In this document: piece after piece, positions 8,613 to 18,393 of the stretch | How the letters are laid out: each line of letters starts with the position of its first letter | Position numbering within the stretch: position 1 is the first letter of the stretch | Source: Pseudomonadota bacterium | Lineage (GTDB): Bacteria > Pseudomonadota > Alphaproteobacteria > Paracaedibacterales > CAIOTO01 | Direction of reading: 5' to 3' | NCBI GenBank assembly: GCA_040387495.1 | Contig: JAZKDQ010000004.1 | Location: forward strand, 62,001-83,697 | Length of the DNA stretch: 21,697 bases | Program-made: the position numbers and the translations under genes | The notes under the pieces: generated by a model | Told to the model about the DNA's origin: nothing | What the model saw: only the letters and a program-made list of their open reading frames with translations | Databases searched by the model: none

Positions 8613-9416
8613 ATGAAATTTTGTACAGTGGACGCGTTTACCGATACGCTATTCAAAGGAAATCCCGCAGCCGTTTGCGTTGTTGAAGAATTTCCCAGTG
8701 ATGAATTTATGCAAAATGTTGCAACCGAAGTAAACTTATCAGAAACCGCCTTTATCGTACCGCTTAAGGGGAATCATTTTGATATTCGTTGGTTTACGCC
8801 AAAAACAGAAGTTCCTTTGTGTGGGCATGCGACACTTGCAGCAGCACATGTACTATGGACAGAAATGGAAATAGTCACAACCGAAGAAATCTATTTCGAG
8901 TCCAAAAGTGGCGTGTTAAAAGCATGGCGTGATGATGAGGGGATCACACTCGATTTTCCTGCACATTATGTTGAACCAATCACTATCCCCGAAGGATTAC
9001 TTGAGGCATTAGGTGTTTCCCCGGTATCTGTGGGAAGGGCAAATGATGACTGTTTGGTAGAATTGCATTCAGCACAAGAAGTAATTGATTTGGCCCCAGA
9101 CACTGCACGTCTGGCAGATATTGATTGCCGCGGCATCATTGTAACAGCTGAGGGAAACAGTGAAACAGATTATGACTTTGTGTCGCGTTTCTTTGCACCA
9201 AAAGTTGGGGTTGCAGAAGATTCTGTCAGTGGATCAGCGCATTGCAAACTTGCTACTTATTGGTCAGAACGATTGGGCAAGAATGTGTTCACCGCCTACC
9301 AAGCATCTAAGCGGGGCGGGTATATTAAAGTCCGTCACGAAGGCGAGCGCGTGTTGCTAACAGGTGATGCAGTGACTGCATTCAGTGGGAAATTTGTTGG
9401 GGTTGGGCATAAGTAA
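8613..9416 (+). CDS. PhzF-family isomerase/epimerase
   Basis: VDAFT..FKGNPAAV, NLSETAF, IRWFTPKTEVPLCGHATLA, SRFFAPKVGVAEDSVSGSAHC. Confidence 0.94.
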   Translation: MKFCTVDAFTDTLFKGNPAAVCVVEEFPSDEFMQNVATEVNLSETAFIVPLKGNHFDIRWFTPKTEVPLCGHATLAAAHVLWTEMEIVTTEEIYFESKSGVLKAWRDDEGITLDFPAHYVEPITIPEGLLEALGVSPVSVGRANDDCLVELHSAQEVIDLAPDTARLADIDCRGIIVTAEGNSETDYDFVSRFFAPKVGVAEDSVSGSAHCKLATYWSERLGKNVFTAYQASKRGGYIKVRHEGERVLLTGDAVTAFSGKFVGVGHK

Positions 9417-9439
9417 AAATTCCCCCCCCCTCTTATACT

Positions 9440-9928
9440 CTATAACTCATTAGAAAATAATAACTTCGTCACGAAATTAGAAATTCCTGGAAATTTTTGA
9501 TCTAATTTTTTCAAACGATTCAAGATTGAGTTTGTTTTTAAGACCGTTTGGATAATCACATTATCTTGCATGTATTCAAGAATAGCTCTTAAAATATATT
9601 GATAGGTGTGATCTATTGCTACACTCACAATTTTTTCCCACTTTTCAATAACATCCAATGTCCTCAGACCTGCAATTTTTTCAGCGTAAACAGCCATAGC
9701 TTTTTCTTCTTCTTCCATCTGATAGCCACGCTTTGGCAACTCTTTTAATTCAAATTCTTTAGTCACTTGTGGATCAACATCCCTAAAAATTGATTCTTCA
9801 GTAATATTGTATCCATCCATCCAAGACACATGTTTTTCTCTGTGACCCACATTAAAATCACAGTCACTTGCCATGCATGGCACGCCAAGCATCATCAACA
9901 GGGAATATTTATATAACTTTTTTATCAT
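9440..9928 (-). CDS. Hypothetical secreted protein
   Basis: ORF with signal-like N-terminus MIKKLYKYSLLMMLGVPCMA|SD from ATG 9928; no family recognised. Confidence 0.65.
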   Translation of the reverse strand: MIKKLYKYSLLMMLGVPCMASDCDFNVGHREKHVSWMDGYNITEESIFRDVDPQVTKEFELKELPKRGYQMEEEEKAMAVYAEKIAGLRTLDVIEKWEKIVSVAIDHTYQYILRAILEYMQDNVIIQTVLKTNSILNRLKKLDQKFPGISNFVTKLLFSNEL

Positions 9929-10144
9929 AAGAATTTCTATCAAATAAATTTATTAAATGTTAATTTATTTTTTAACAATATAAAATCACAAAACACGATG
10001 CAAAAGAAATAATAATATCATTTATTGATATGTCAATATTATTTTATTTATTAATTTAAACCAGGAAGGGTATGTCGACAGATTTTCACTATAATCGTCA
10101 GATTAGCTAAGAATAATAGAAAAAGAACAATATATTCTAGTGAA

Positions 10145-10996
10145 TTAAAATGTATTGAACCATTCACGCACAAACACAATCTCACCCACACTCATCAACG
10201 CCGGCGCATGCCCTGCCCCTGTAATTTCATGACATGTTGCCAATGGATTGCTTGCCATCTGGTTATACACGTCACGGGATAAAATTGTCGAATCCACTCC
10301 ACGCAATACCAATATCGGGCACTGCACCCCGAACCAACACAGCCATAAATTCACATCTGTTTGATCTGTTTTAAACGCCGCCACACGCGGGTCATAATGC
10401 AAACGATACGTGCCATCGGGATTTTGCACCAAGCTATGTTCTGCCATATGTTGCCACTGCGCATCCGTTAGCTGGCCAAAAGGCGCATAAATTTGACGCA
10501 CAAAATTCAGCCCTAACTCAAATGTTGGAAATGTTGGCATTAATCCCACGTAGCTTCGAATTTTCTCAAGCGCTTCACCCGTAATGAACGGACCAATATC
10601 ATTGATGATCAGCTTTTTAATGGGCGTATTTGGCAGTGACGCCATAATCATACCCAGAAGCCCACCCATGGAGGAGCCAACCCAAGAAACCTCAGTCACA
10701 TTCAACCGTGCAATTAACGCTGTTAAATCGTTCATATATTGATCGTATGTGTATTCAAATCCCTGTGGCAGCCAATCACTAAGGCCGCGACCCACCATAT
10801 CAGGGCACACAACGTAATATTGATCAGATAAAGCCTCAGCCAGCGCATCAAAATCGCGCCCATTCCGGCTAAGTCCATGTACCATAAGCAAAACTGGGTT
10901 AGCTGGATTCCCCCATGCATAGTACGTAATTTTGTGAAATCCACGCGGGTTTTTCCCTAGGTAAGTATGGATAATGGGGAGAGTTTTTGTGATCAT
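10145..10996 (-). CDS. Alpha/beta fold hydrolase
   Basis: VHGLSRNGRDF oxyanion motif, PDMVGRGLS, nucleophile GSSMGG, C-terminal GAGHAP. Confidence 0.93.
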   Translation of the reverse strand: MITKTLPIIHTYLGKNPRGFHKITYYAWGNPANPVLLMVHGLSRNGRDFDALAEALSDQYYVVCPDMVGRGLSDWLPQGFEYTYDQYMNDLTALIARLNVTEVSWVGSSMGGLLGMIMASLPNTPIKKLIINDIGPFITGEALEKIRSYVGLMPTFPTFELGLNFVRQIYAPFGQLTDAQWQHMAEHSLVQNPDGTYRLHYDPRVAAFKTDQTDVNLWLCWFGVQCPILVLRGVDSTILSRDVYNQMASNPLATCHEITGAGHAPALMSVGEIVFVREWFNTF

Positions 10997-10999
10997 AAA

Positions 11000-11758
11000 T
11001 TAAGCTCCTAATTCCATACCGCGATCATACGCCGCCTTCGCTGCATCTTTAATCACACGTTCAAATTGGTCATCTTCCATCATCACAGCCAATGCCGCCG
11101 CTGTTGTTCCTCCTGGACTTGTCACTTGCTTGCGCAAAGTAGCCGCATCCGTATCAGCTGCACCTTTAAGCATTTCACCCGCACCAATCAATGTTTGACG
11201 CGACAATGCTGCTGCATGTTCTGGGTTCAATCCCTGTTCAACACCCGCATTCGTCAATGCCTCAACCATCAAATAAAAGTACGCAGGCCCACTACCCGAC
11301 ACCGCCGTCACAGCATTCATCAATGATTCATCATCCACCCAAACAGCTAAACCTGCTTTAGCAAATAAAGCATCTACCACTGGCGCCACATCATCTTTAC
11401 AATCTGAAAACAAGCCAATCGCCCCGGCCTGATACACAACAGGCATGTTCGGCATACAGCGCACAAAACGTAAACCAGGGTCAAATTTTTTATAAAATGC
11501 AACAGGCAGACCTGCGGCAACACTCACCCAAATACAGTTCGCGCTGGCAAAAGCCGCAATATAGGGTGGCAATACCTGCTCCATCACCTGAGGTTTCACT
11601 GCCAGCATAATGACATCTGGCACATACCCTGCAGGTAAATCATCAATACTTTTTACGCAACACGTCTGAACTGGATCAATTGTTGTAATGGCATGCTCAG
11701 CCCAACATCCACGAAATGCGCCCCCCATAAAGCCGCCACCAACGATAAGTATGTTCAT
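11000..11758 (-). CDS. proC: Pyrroline-5-carboxylate reductase
   Basis: GGGFMG Rossmann motif, LAVKPQ, RCMPN, TAVSGSGPAY, VTSPGGTT; only 3 nt upstream of the hydrolase start. Confidence 0.96.
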   Translation of the reverse strand: MNILIVGGGFMGGAFRGCWAEHAITTIDPVQTCCVKSIDDLPAGYVPDVIMLAVKPQVMEQVLPPYIAAFASANCIWVSVAAGLPVAFYKKFDPGLRFVRCMPNMPVVYQAGAIGLFSDCKDDVAPVVDALFAKAGLAVWVDDESLMNAVTAVSGSGPAYFYLMVEALTNAGVEQGLNPEHAAALSRQTLIGAGEMLKGAADTDAATLRKQVTSPGGTTAAALAVMMEDDQFERVIKDAAKAAYDRGMELGA

Positions 11759-11821
11759 TTTGTCACCAATCTATATATGTCGCCCCAGATGTGCTTGGGG
11801 GATTACTCTACACTTAAAACA

Positions 11822-11850
11822 AGATTACCGGGTCAAACCTGAGAATGACA
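11822..11850. repeat. Degenerate half of an alphaproteobacterial palindromic REP/RPE-like element
   Basis: AGATTACCGGGTCAAACCTGAGAATGACA resembles the GATyCTCGGGTCAAGCCCGAGrATGACA-type repeat arm (recalled from memory, not searched). Confidence 0.5.
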
Positions 11851-11986
11851 AGAAAGAAAGGAAAGCTCCCTCCACAAACCAAGTTCCTGTAAGATTTGCT
11901 ATGCTTAAATGTTAATCATTTCTTAAAATTCCTTCCATGTTTTTGTGGAGCCAAGGTTGCTTTTTGCATGGAAGATTGAAACATCT

Positions 11987-14900
11987 TTAATACATATTCT
12001 TCAACACCACATAATCCGTCTTCCCCGTGCCCAGGACTGGAATTTTATCAACCGATATAATCTTCGCTGGCACATTCAGCGGCGACAAACCATTTTCAGA
12101 TGCATAGCGCAATAATGGCTCTTTTAATGCGCCAACCTCAGTCGTGATTAAAACCAACTGTTCACCTTTGCGATCATCCGGAATTGCAATAACGGCATGT
12201 ACTGCATCTGGCCATACTTTTTGCACAAATGCCTCAACCGCATTCAATGACACCATTTCCCCCGCAATCTTCGCAAAACGCTTTACGCGTCCAAGGATTT
12301 TAATAAACCCTTCCTCATCAACATCCACAATATCGCCCGTGTCATGCCAACTATCGATTGCTGGCTGCAACACGCCAGGGAAATCAGGCATGAAATAGCC
12401 CAACATCACGTTTGGCCCATGCACAAACAGACGCCCACCTTCATCAACGCCTGGTACAGCTTCAAGTCGATAACTCATACCCGTCAAGAACCTACCAACT
12501 GAACCAGCCTTTGCAAAAAGCGGCGAATTTACCGCAATTACAGGCGATGTTTCTGTTGTGCCGTACCCCTCGAATACGCGAACACCAAAACGCTCCATAT
12601 AGAGACGACGCGTTTCTTCCTTTATCTTCTCGGCACCGGCAAAAATGTAACGCATGCGATAAAAATCATAATTATGCGCCATGCGTGCATACCCACTTAA
12701 AAAGGTATCCGTTCCAAACATAATGGTCGCATTGATAGAATATACAACCTCTGGAATGATTCGATAATGCAGCGGGCTTGGGTAAAGGAACGTCTTCACA
12801 CCATTCAAAATTGGCAGCAACATACCGCCTGTTAAACCAAAGGAATGAAAAATGGGCAACGCGTTAAAGATAATATCTTGACGGTTAAAATCAACACGGC
12901 ATGCCAATTGAATAATATTCGACATCAAGTTTATATGACTAAGCGCAACACCTTTTGGTTCGCCTTCGGAACCTGACGTAAACAAAATCACCGCGGGACT
13001 TTCAGGGTATATATCCAATGATCCATGCAATCTGCGGGCAGATCTAACGACGGCATACAGCTTATCAAACAGATTAATTGTCTTTTTAAGATCCTCAAGA
13101 TAAATAACCTGTCTGCTTGCGGAAAGCTGAGCTACCATATCCGTTAAACGTGCCAAGTCAACAAAGCGCCGCGACGTAATAACAATTTTAACTTCGGCGG
13201 TCCGACACGCCGATGACACTGCATGCGCACCTGCTGAAAAATTCAACATCGCCGGCACACGCCCATAAGCTTGCAAACCAAAAAATGTCACAACTGCCGC
13301 GGATGAATTGGGCAACAAAATCCCTACATTTTCGCCTATCTCAGTGCGTGCAGCAATTTTGCGGCCCACCACCATCGACGCACGTACTAATTTTCTAAAA
13401 CTTAAAGGCTTTCGTTCAACGTCTTCAATAATTTCTGCCTTAAAACCATTCACATGACGCGCCGCAAGTAACGCTTGAAACAACGTCTGGTGACGATCTT
13501 CGGTCACAAAAAGCATATTTTCCATCACGTCATACAGCATTCGTGCTGACACCTGACGACGTTTACGCCCCGTAATGGTAGAATCCGGCTTGAACACGTG
13601 TGGTTCTAGCACGGTAATTGTGATTTTTGGAAATCGTAGCGAAGGCACTTTTCCTTTTAAATACGTAAAAGGCGTATGCTGAACACCATCAATGCGCATC
13701 GGCAAAATCATCGCATCTGCTTTGTCAGCAACCATGCCAGGGCCTTCATACACTTTCATCAACGCGCCCGTCTGCGTTAAGCGACCTTCTGGGAAAATAA
13801 CCACATGGTGATCTTCCTGAACTTTATTGATAAGGGCTTTCAAGGCATATGGATTGGTCGGGTCAATTGAGAACGTATTGATGATTTTTAAAAAAGGTTT
13901 AATCCAGAATTTTTGGGCTGTGTATGTATCAATGGCAAACATTGGCCTTCCTGGCAAAAAAGCAGCTAACAAAGGCGCATCAAACAAGGAAACATGATTA
14001 CACACAATGACGACGCGCTTTCCTGCTTTTTCAATATTTTCAAGGCCTTTGATTTCAACCTTATAAAACAATTTGAAAATAATCTGTAAAAATGACTTGA
14101 CCAAATAATCAGGAATTAAACGACAGATATAAAGTGTGACAACACAATTCGCCATCGCAAAAAATAAAAACAGCTTAGCAATGCTAAATCCTAAAGTAAT
14201 CAAAATTGCCGAAATAACTGAGGACGCAATGATAAACAAAGAATCCATAATACCCGCGCCAGCCACAATGCGGGAACGTGATGCACACTCTGTGTTATGT
14301 TGGATAAATGCATTCAGCGGCACAACAAACAAACCACCACAAAAGGCAATCATGAAAATATCAAAGATAATGCGCCAATTTTGGAATGTCTGAATAAACG
14401 TGCCAACATCTACCAACACATGTTGTCGAACCATTTCAAATGGATAACTTGCCCAATAAAGATCCAGCGAAAATAATGACAGTCCTAAAGCAGCAAGGGG
14501 AACATACGTCGCTTCTACCCGCCCTTTGAGCAACGTATTATTCAAAAGCCCACCGATACAAATTCCAACTGAGAAAACTGTTAGAAACAGCGTTAGAACA
14601 TGCTCATTCGCGCCCAGGGTCTCTTTCGTGAAATTAGGAAATTGGGACAAAAACATGCCCCCTAAGAAAAAAAACCAAGATACACCAAGAACAGCAAGAA
14701 TCACATTTCGTGGCATTGTAAAAATAAACGAAACCGTCTTTTTAATTTGTTGCACAATATTGATGTCAAGTTTGACCGTGTCATCATGGGGAGTGGATGG
14801 GATCAAACGACTAAAAAGCCATCCAGCAACTGCACACGCCATAATAATGATGGAGATAATAATTTTGCCATAGGTTGGGATGCTTACTACGCTGACGCCG

Positions 14901-15391
14901 ATAACGGTTCCCAAAAGAATCGATAGAAACGTCCCCCCATTAAGCAGCGCATTCCCACTGATAAGGTCTTCTTGTTTAAGATGCTGCGGAAGGATTGAAT
15001 ACTTGCTTGGGCCAAACAATGCCGAGTGCGTTCCCAACAAAAATAGCGTCAAAAATGATAAAGGAATATTATTAGAAAGAATTGAAATGCACCCGACAAC
15101 AGCAATTGCAAGCTCTGCCACCTTTAGCATTCGTATCACACGTGCTTTGTCATATTTCTCGGCAAGCTGCCCGCCAAACGCGGAAAACAAAACAAATGGG
15201 ATTATGAAAATGCCCGCTGCAAGCGTCACAAGCAGCTTTGGATCCATCATATGTGACGATCTCACATTATACAGAATCAAAACCGTCATGGCATTTTTGA
15301 ACAAGTTATCGTGAAATGCGCCTGTGAATTGACTGACGAACAATGGCAGAAAATTGATTTGTTTTAATAGGGAAAATTGGCTTTTTGCCAT
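11987..15391 (-). CDS. aas: MFS (LplT-like)-acyltransferase-acyl-ACP synthetase fusion (acyl-[ACP]--phospholipid O-acyltransferase)
   Basis: N-terminal MFS (AFHDNLFKNA, FGPSKYSILPQHL); PlsC motifs NHVSLFD and FPEGR; AMP-binding FTSGSEGEPKGV, EGYGTTE, WHDTGD, RFAKIAGEMVSL. Confidence 0.94.
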   Translation of the reverse strand: MAKSQFSLLKQINFLPLFVSQFTGAFHDNLFKNAMTVLILYNVRSSHMMDPKLLVTLAAGIFIIPFVLFSAFGGQLAEKYDKARVIRMLKVAELAIAVVGCISILSNNIPLSFLTLFLLGTHSALFGPSKYSILPQHLKQEDLISGNALLNGGTFLSILLGTVIGVSVVSIPTYGKIIISIIIMACAVAGWLFSRLIPSTPHDDTVKLDINIVQQIKKTVSFIFTMPRNVILAVLGVSWFFFLGGMFLSQFPNFTKETLGANEHVLTLFLTVFSVGICIGGLLNNTLLKGRVEATYVPLAALGLSLFSLDLYWASYPFEMVRQHVLVDVGTFIQTFQNWRIIFDIFMIAFCGGLFVVPLNAFIQHNTECASRSRIVAGAGIMDSLFIIASSVISAILITLGFSIAKLFLFFAMANCVVTLYICRLIPDYLVKSFLQIIFKLFYKVEIKGLENIEKAGKRVVIVCNHVSLFDAPLLAAFLPGRPMFAIDTYTAQKFWIKPFLKIINTFSIDPTNPYALKALINKVQEDHHVVIFPEGRLTQTGALMKVYEGPGMVADKADAMILPMRIDGVQHTPFTYLKGKVPSLRFPKITITVLEPHVFKPDSTITGRKRRQVSARMLYDVMENMLFVTEDRHQTLFQALLAARHVNGFKAEIIEDVERKPLSFRKLVRASMVVGRKIAARTEIGENVGILLPNSSAAVVTFFGLQAYGRVPAMLNFSAGAHAVSSACRTAEVKIVITSRRFVDLARLTDMVAQLSASRQVIYLEDLKKTINLFDKLYAVVRSARRLHGSLDIYPESPAVILFTSGSEGEPKGVALSHINLMSNIIQLACRVDFNRQDIIFNALPIFHSFGLTGGMLLPILNGVKTFLYPSPLHYRIIPEVVYSINATIMFGTDTFLSGYARMAHNYDFYRMRYIFAGAEKIKEETRRLYMERFGVRVFEGYGTTETSPVIAVNSPLFAKAGSVGRFLTGMSYRLEAVPGVDEGGRLFVHGPNVMLGYFMPDFPGVLQPAIDSWHDTGDIVDVDEEGFIKILGRVKRFAKIAGEMVSLNAVEAFVQKVWPDAVHAVIAIPDDRKGEQLVLITTEVGALKEPLLRYASENGLSPLNVPAKIISVDKIPVLGTGKTDYVVLKNMY

Positions 15392-15472
15392 AAAAGAAAA
15401 GCCTTTTGAAAGGAAAGTATCTTTAATGTACCGTAATTCGCATGATTATTCCATATATTTTTGATTACTTTA

Positions 15473-16117
15473 TTATTTAGAGTTGTTACATATCTTTTCA
15501 CCACGTACATGGCGAATAATGAAAAAACCACTAAATGCAGCACTAAGATGTTTAAGGCTATGGCCACTGATAGGGAGGAATGCGAACACTTCCCTATCAA
15601 AGTGTTCTAATACCTTTGCCAAAACATAGCATGCAAGGGCCCAATACAGATTGTTGTTACTTACATAAGGGCTCTTGTAAAAGCGCAGCAATACAAAAAT
15701 CCAGATAAGACTGACAAACTGCACCAGCACATAAAAAATCAGATCCTGCCACAATGCCCAATACAAAACACTGCCCACCCCTAAAAGAATAGCAGGGTAC
15801 AGCTTGATTTTGTGAAATCCATAATCTGCACACATAGCACTCACTAAGGCCATAAATGAAATCGCCATCGGCAAACGATCATAAACGAGCGTGGCGTTAT
15901 TGGGGTTTAAATGATAATAACTAGAGCCAATGCCAGTTATCACCAACCCGATAAAGAACCAACGCCAATCAAGACGTTTGGCAATAAGCAGCCCCCATAT
16001 ACCAAAAATCATAAAAGGCACATTGGTTATAACATTGAAAAAATGCGGAATACCCAGGAGTGTCGCTTGGTCAGCAAAGTTGTGATAGCACATGTCTTGC
16101 GTAATGAGTGGGAACAT
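15473..16117 (-). CDS. Ceramidase-domain (CREST superfamily, alkaline phytoceramidase-like) membrane protein
   Basis: YHNFADQ..LGIPHFFNVITNVPF, GSSYYH, DRLPM, SGHSLKHL metal-binding motifs; about 7 hydrophobic segments. Confidence 0.82.
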   Translation of the reverse strand: MFPLITQDMCYHNFADQATLLGIPHFFNVITNVPFMIFGIWGLLIAKRLDWRWFFIGLVITGIGSSYYHLNPNNATLVYDRLPMAISFMALVSAMCADYGFHKIKLYPAILLGVGSVLYWALWQDLIFYVLVQFVSLIWIFVLLRFYKSPYVSNNNLYWALACYVLAKVLEHFDREVFAFLPISGHSLKHLSAAFSGFFIIRHVRGEKICNNSK

Positions 16118-16358
16118 AATGTTTAAACCTTTTTCGTAACAACTAAATCTACACTAACCAAGCGTAATGCTCTAGTCTGTTTATCTTATGATTTTTTTCT
16201 AATTTATGATAAATTTTATTGATATGACACAAAAAAACTATTCCGTAAGAATATGCAGAAAACAATGTTTTATTAAATACAAAAAATTATAACTTGAAAT
16301 ATTCACAATACATACCCATATAAGAAAAACAATTAAAATATAAAACAAGGAATAAAAA

Positions 16359-17039
16359 ATGAATAAATTGCATGTGGTAATAACACTGGCTGCACTGTGT
16401 CTGTGCAGCACAGTAACTTACAGTTCTAGTATGGCTATGGAAACTGGTGATAATACGGATACAAGCTTCTTTTCAACAAGTAGTTCATTAGGTCTATTTT
16501 GCATAGATGGAGTTACCGATTTAGTAAATAGCGGTACAGATAACGCAATAATGGTTTCAGGTTCTCAATCTTTGGAACAGCCATTCTCATCTAACTCTTC
16601 AGCACAGATAGAACCACCATTAGAAGCAAAAAATGAAATCAATTTATTGTCATCATTAGTGAATGAGAAGGCGTTATTTCTAGAAACCCTAAATTACTTT
16701 TTTCCCAATAAAAAAGATGTTACCCCCTTGAGAGGTAGCACAATAGAACTCATTCAAGTGACAGGAAAAAGTAAAATAAAATTAGAAAAGAACATAGAAA
16801 AAATAGGCAAACGAACCAACGACTTTCAGACACTCTGTAATAATTTATCCATTCTAAATTTACAAGGATGTGAAATTACAAACGCTAATATTGAAACTTA
16901 TTTTGAACAAATTGAGACAGAAATCATTAACAAACTTATTAAATATACGATCAATAATTTTTCAATGAGCTCTCTTCTTGATTCAATGACAACCATAAAA
17001 CAACCCCACATCACAAACGTGACGCAATGCGAAATATGA
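16359..17039 (+). CDS. Hypothetical secreted protein
   Basis: AAGGA RBS, signal-like MNKLHVVITLAALCLCSTVTYSSSMA|ME, AT-rich, no family recognised. Confidence 0.7.
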   Translation: MNKLHVVITLAALCLCSTVTYSSSMAMETGDNTDTSFFSTSSSLGLFCIDGVTDLVNSGTDNAIMVSGSQSLEQPFSSNSSAQIEPPLEAKNEINLLSSLVNEKALFLETLNYFFPNKKDVTPLRGSTIELIQVTGKSKIKLEKNIEKIGKRTNDFQTLCNNLSILNLQGCEITNANIETYFEQIETEIINKLIKYTINNFSMSSLLDSMTTIKQPHITNVTQCEI

Positions 17040-17145
17040 TGGTTAGCCCCACTTCCATGACTCAGATCGATGAACGTTGCCAATTGCCATGTTACTTGTT
17101 ATGTTTAGGCCATTATAGCGGACTGAAAAAGAATGGATAATCATT

Positions 17146-18381
17146 GTGACAATTGAACTAAACCCAGCACTCGTAAAAGATTTGTGGAACCAAGCAGGCG
17201 ATATTTTTAGCTATATAAAAGATCTTCGCACCACCTGGCCAGTCATTGGGCACCTTAATAAAGCAAATGAAACGATTACACAATTGCGGCCTGTGGCTGC
17301 AGCATTTCAGCACTATACGGATATTGTTATTTTAGGCACCGGCGGATCAAGCCTTGGGGGGCAAGCGTTAACGGCTCTTGGGGACAACACAAATACGCCA
17401 AAATTACATTTCATCGATAACATCGACAGCACCACATTTCATGGAATTCTAACACACCTTAATCCTGCTACAACCGGCGTTCTTACTATTTCAAAATCAG
17501 GCAATACAGCCGAAACACTGATGCAAACGCTTACGCTATTACAAACATGGCAGACGTTTCAGCCAGCTACACAGATGCGCATCATCACCGAAAATAAACC
17601 TAATGCCATGCGCGATGTTGCTGCTACGTATAATATCCCCTGCCTTGATCACCCAAATGATGTTGGCGGGCGCTTTTCCGTATTCACCATAGTTGGTCTG
17701 TTGCCTGCGATGATTAAAGGGCTTAACGTTTCTGCTTTCTGCGAAGGCGCGTTAGAAGCTTTTCAAAACGCTGAAAGCGCTACCGTTGAGACATGCCAAG
17801 CATTAGCTGGCGCACTTATTCAAGTCGCCCACAAACACCAAGGTATATCAACCACAGTATTGTTCGCATATTCAAATCAGTTATCTAAATTTTGTGAATG
17901 GTTTGCTCAATTATGGGCGGAAAGCCTTGGCAAGAAAGACGCCGCAGGCACAGCGCACGGCACAACCCCTGTCAAAGCTATCGGTGCAATTGACCAGCAC
18001 TCACAATTGCAATTGTATTTGGGCGGCCCGCGTGACAAGTTCTTTACATTTTTAACGACAAATAACCACTATCCCCTGGCACCAATCACCCTGCCCGCGA
18101 CGTTGACGCATCCATCGGTCACAGCACTTAACAACCGATCTATGGGTGATTTGATGATTGCCGAGCAAAATGCAACGCTTGATACCATGCGTCATCACGG
18201 GTGCCCGCTCCGCCATATAACGATTGAAAAAATTGACGAGGCAAACCTTGGTTCATTGATGATGTATTTTATGCTAGAAACATTGGCTGCGGCACGGTTT
18301 TGGAACGTTGATCCGTTTGACCAACCAGCCGTTGAAGAAGGAAAAGTTCTTGCGATTGAGTATTTGAATAAGGCTGAGTAA
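17146..18381 (+). CDS. pgi: Glucose-6-phosphate isomerase (short form)
   Basis: LGTGGSSLG, ISKSGNTAET, VGGRFSV, QLWAESLGK, DQHSQLQLY, PFDQPAVEEGK; GTG start. Confidence 0.96.
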   Translation: MTIELNPALVKDLWNQAGDIFSYIKDLRTTWPVIGHLNKANETITQLRPVAAAFQHYTDIVILGTGGSSLGGQALTALGDNTNTPKLHFIDNIDSTTFHGILTHLNPATTGVLTISKSGNTAETLMQTLTLLQTWQTFQPATQMRIITENKPNAMRDVAATYNIPCLDHPNDVGGRFSVFTIVGLLPAMIKGLNVSAFCEGALEAFQNAESATVETCQALAGALIQVAHKHQGISTTVLFAYSNQLSKFCEWFAQLWAESLGKKDAAGTAHGTTPVKAIGAIDQHSQLQLYLGGPRDKFFTFLTTNNHYPLAPITLPATLTHPSVTALNNRSMGDLMIAEQNATLDTMRHHGCPLRHITIEKIDEANLGSLMMYFMLETLAAARFWNVDPFDQPAVEEGKVLAIEYLNKAE

Positions 18382-18393
18382 GAAGACAGCTTT

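Noticed and set aside
8613..9416. Phenazine biosynthesis cluster
   Set aside because: A lone PhzF-family gene with no other phz genes; the family is widespread
9422..9430. C9 homopolymer as a phase-variation switch
   Set aside because: Lies between two convergent stop codons, not in a promoter or coding frame
12144..15314. Multiple + strand ORFs inside aas, and similar short ORFs overlapping tig, the kinase, gmk, proC, pgi and the hydrolase
   Set aside because: Antisense or alternate-frame shadows of well-supported genes, with no motifs of their own
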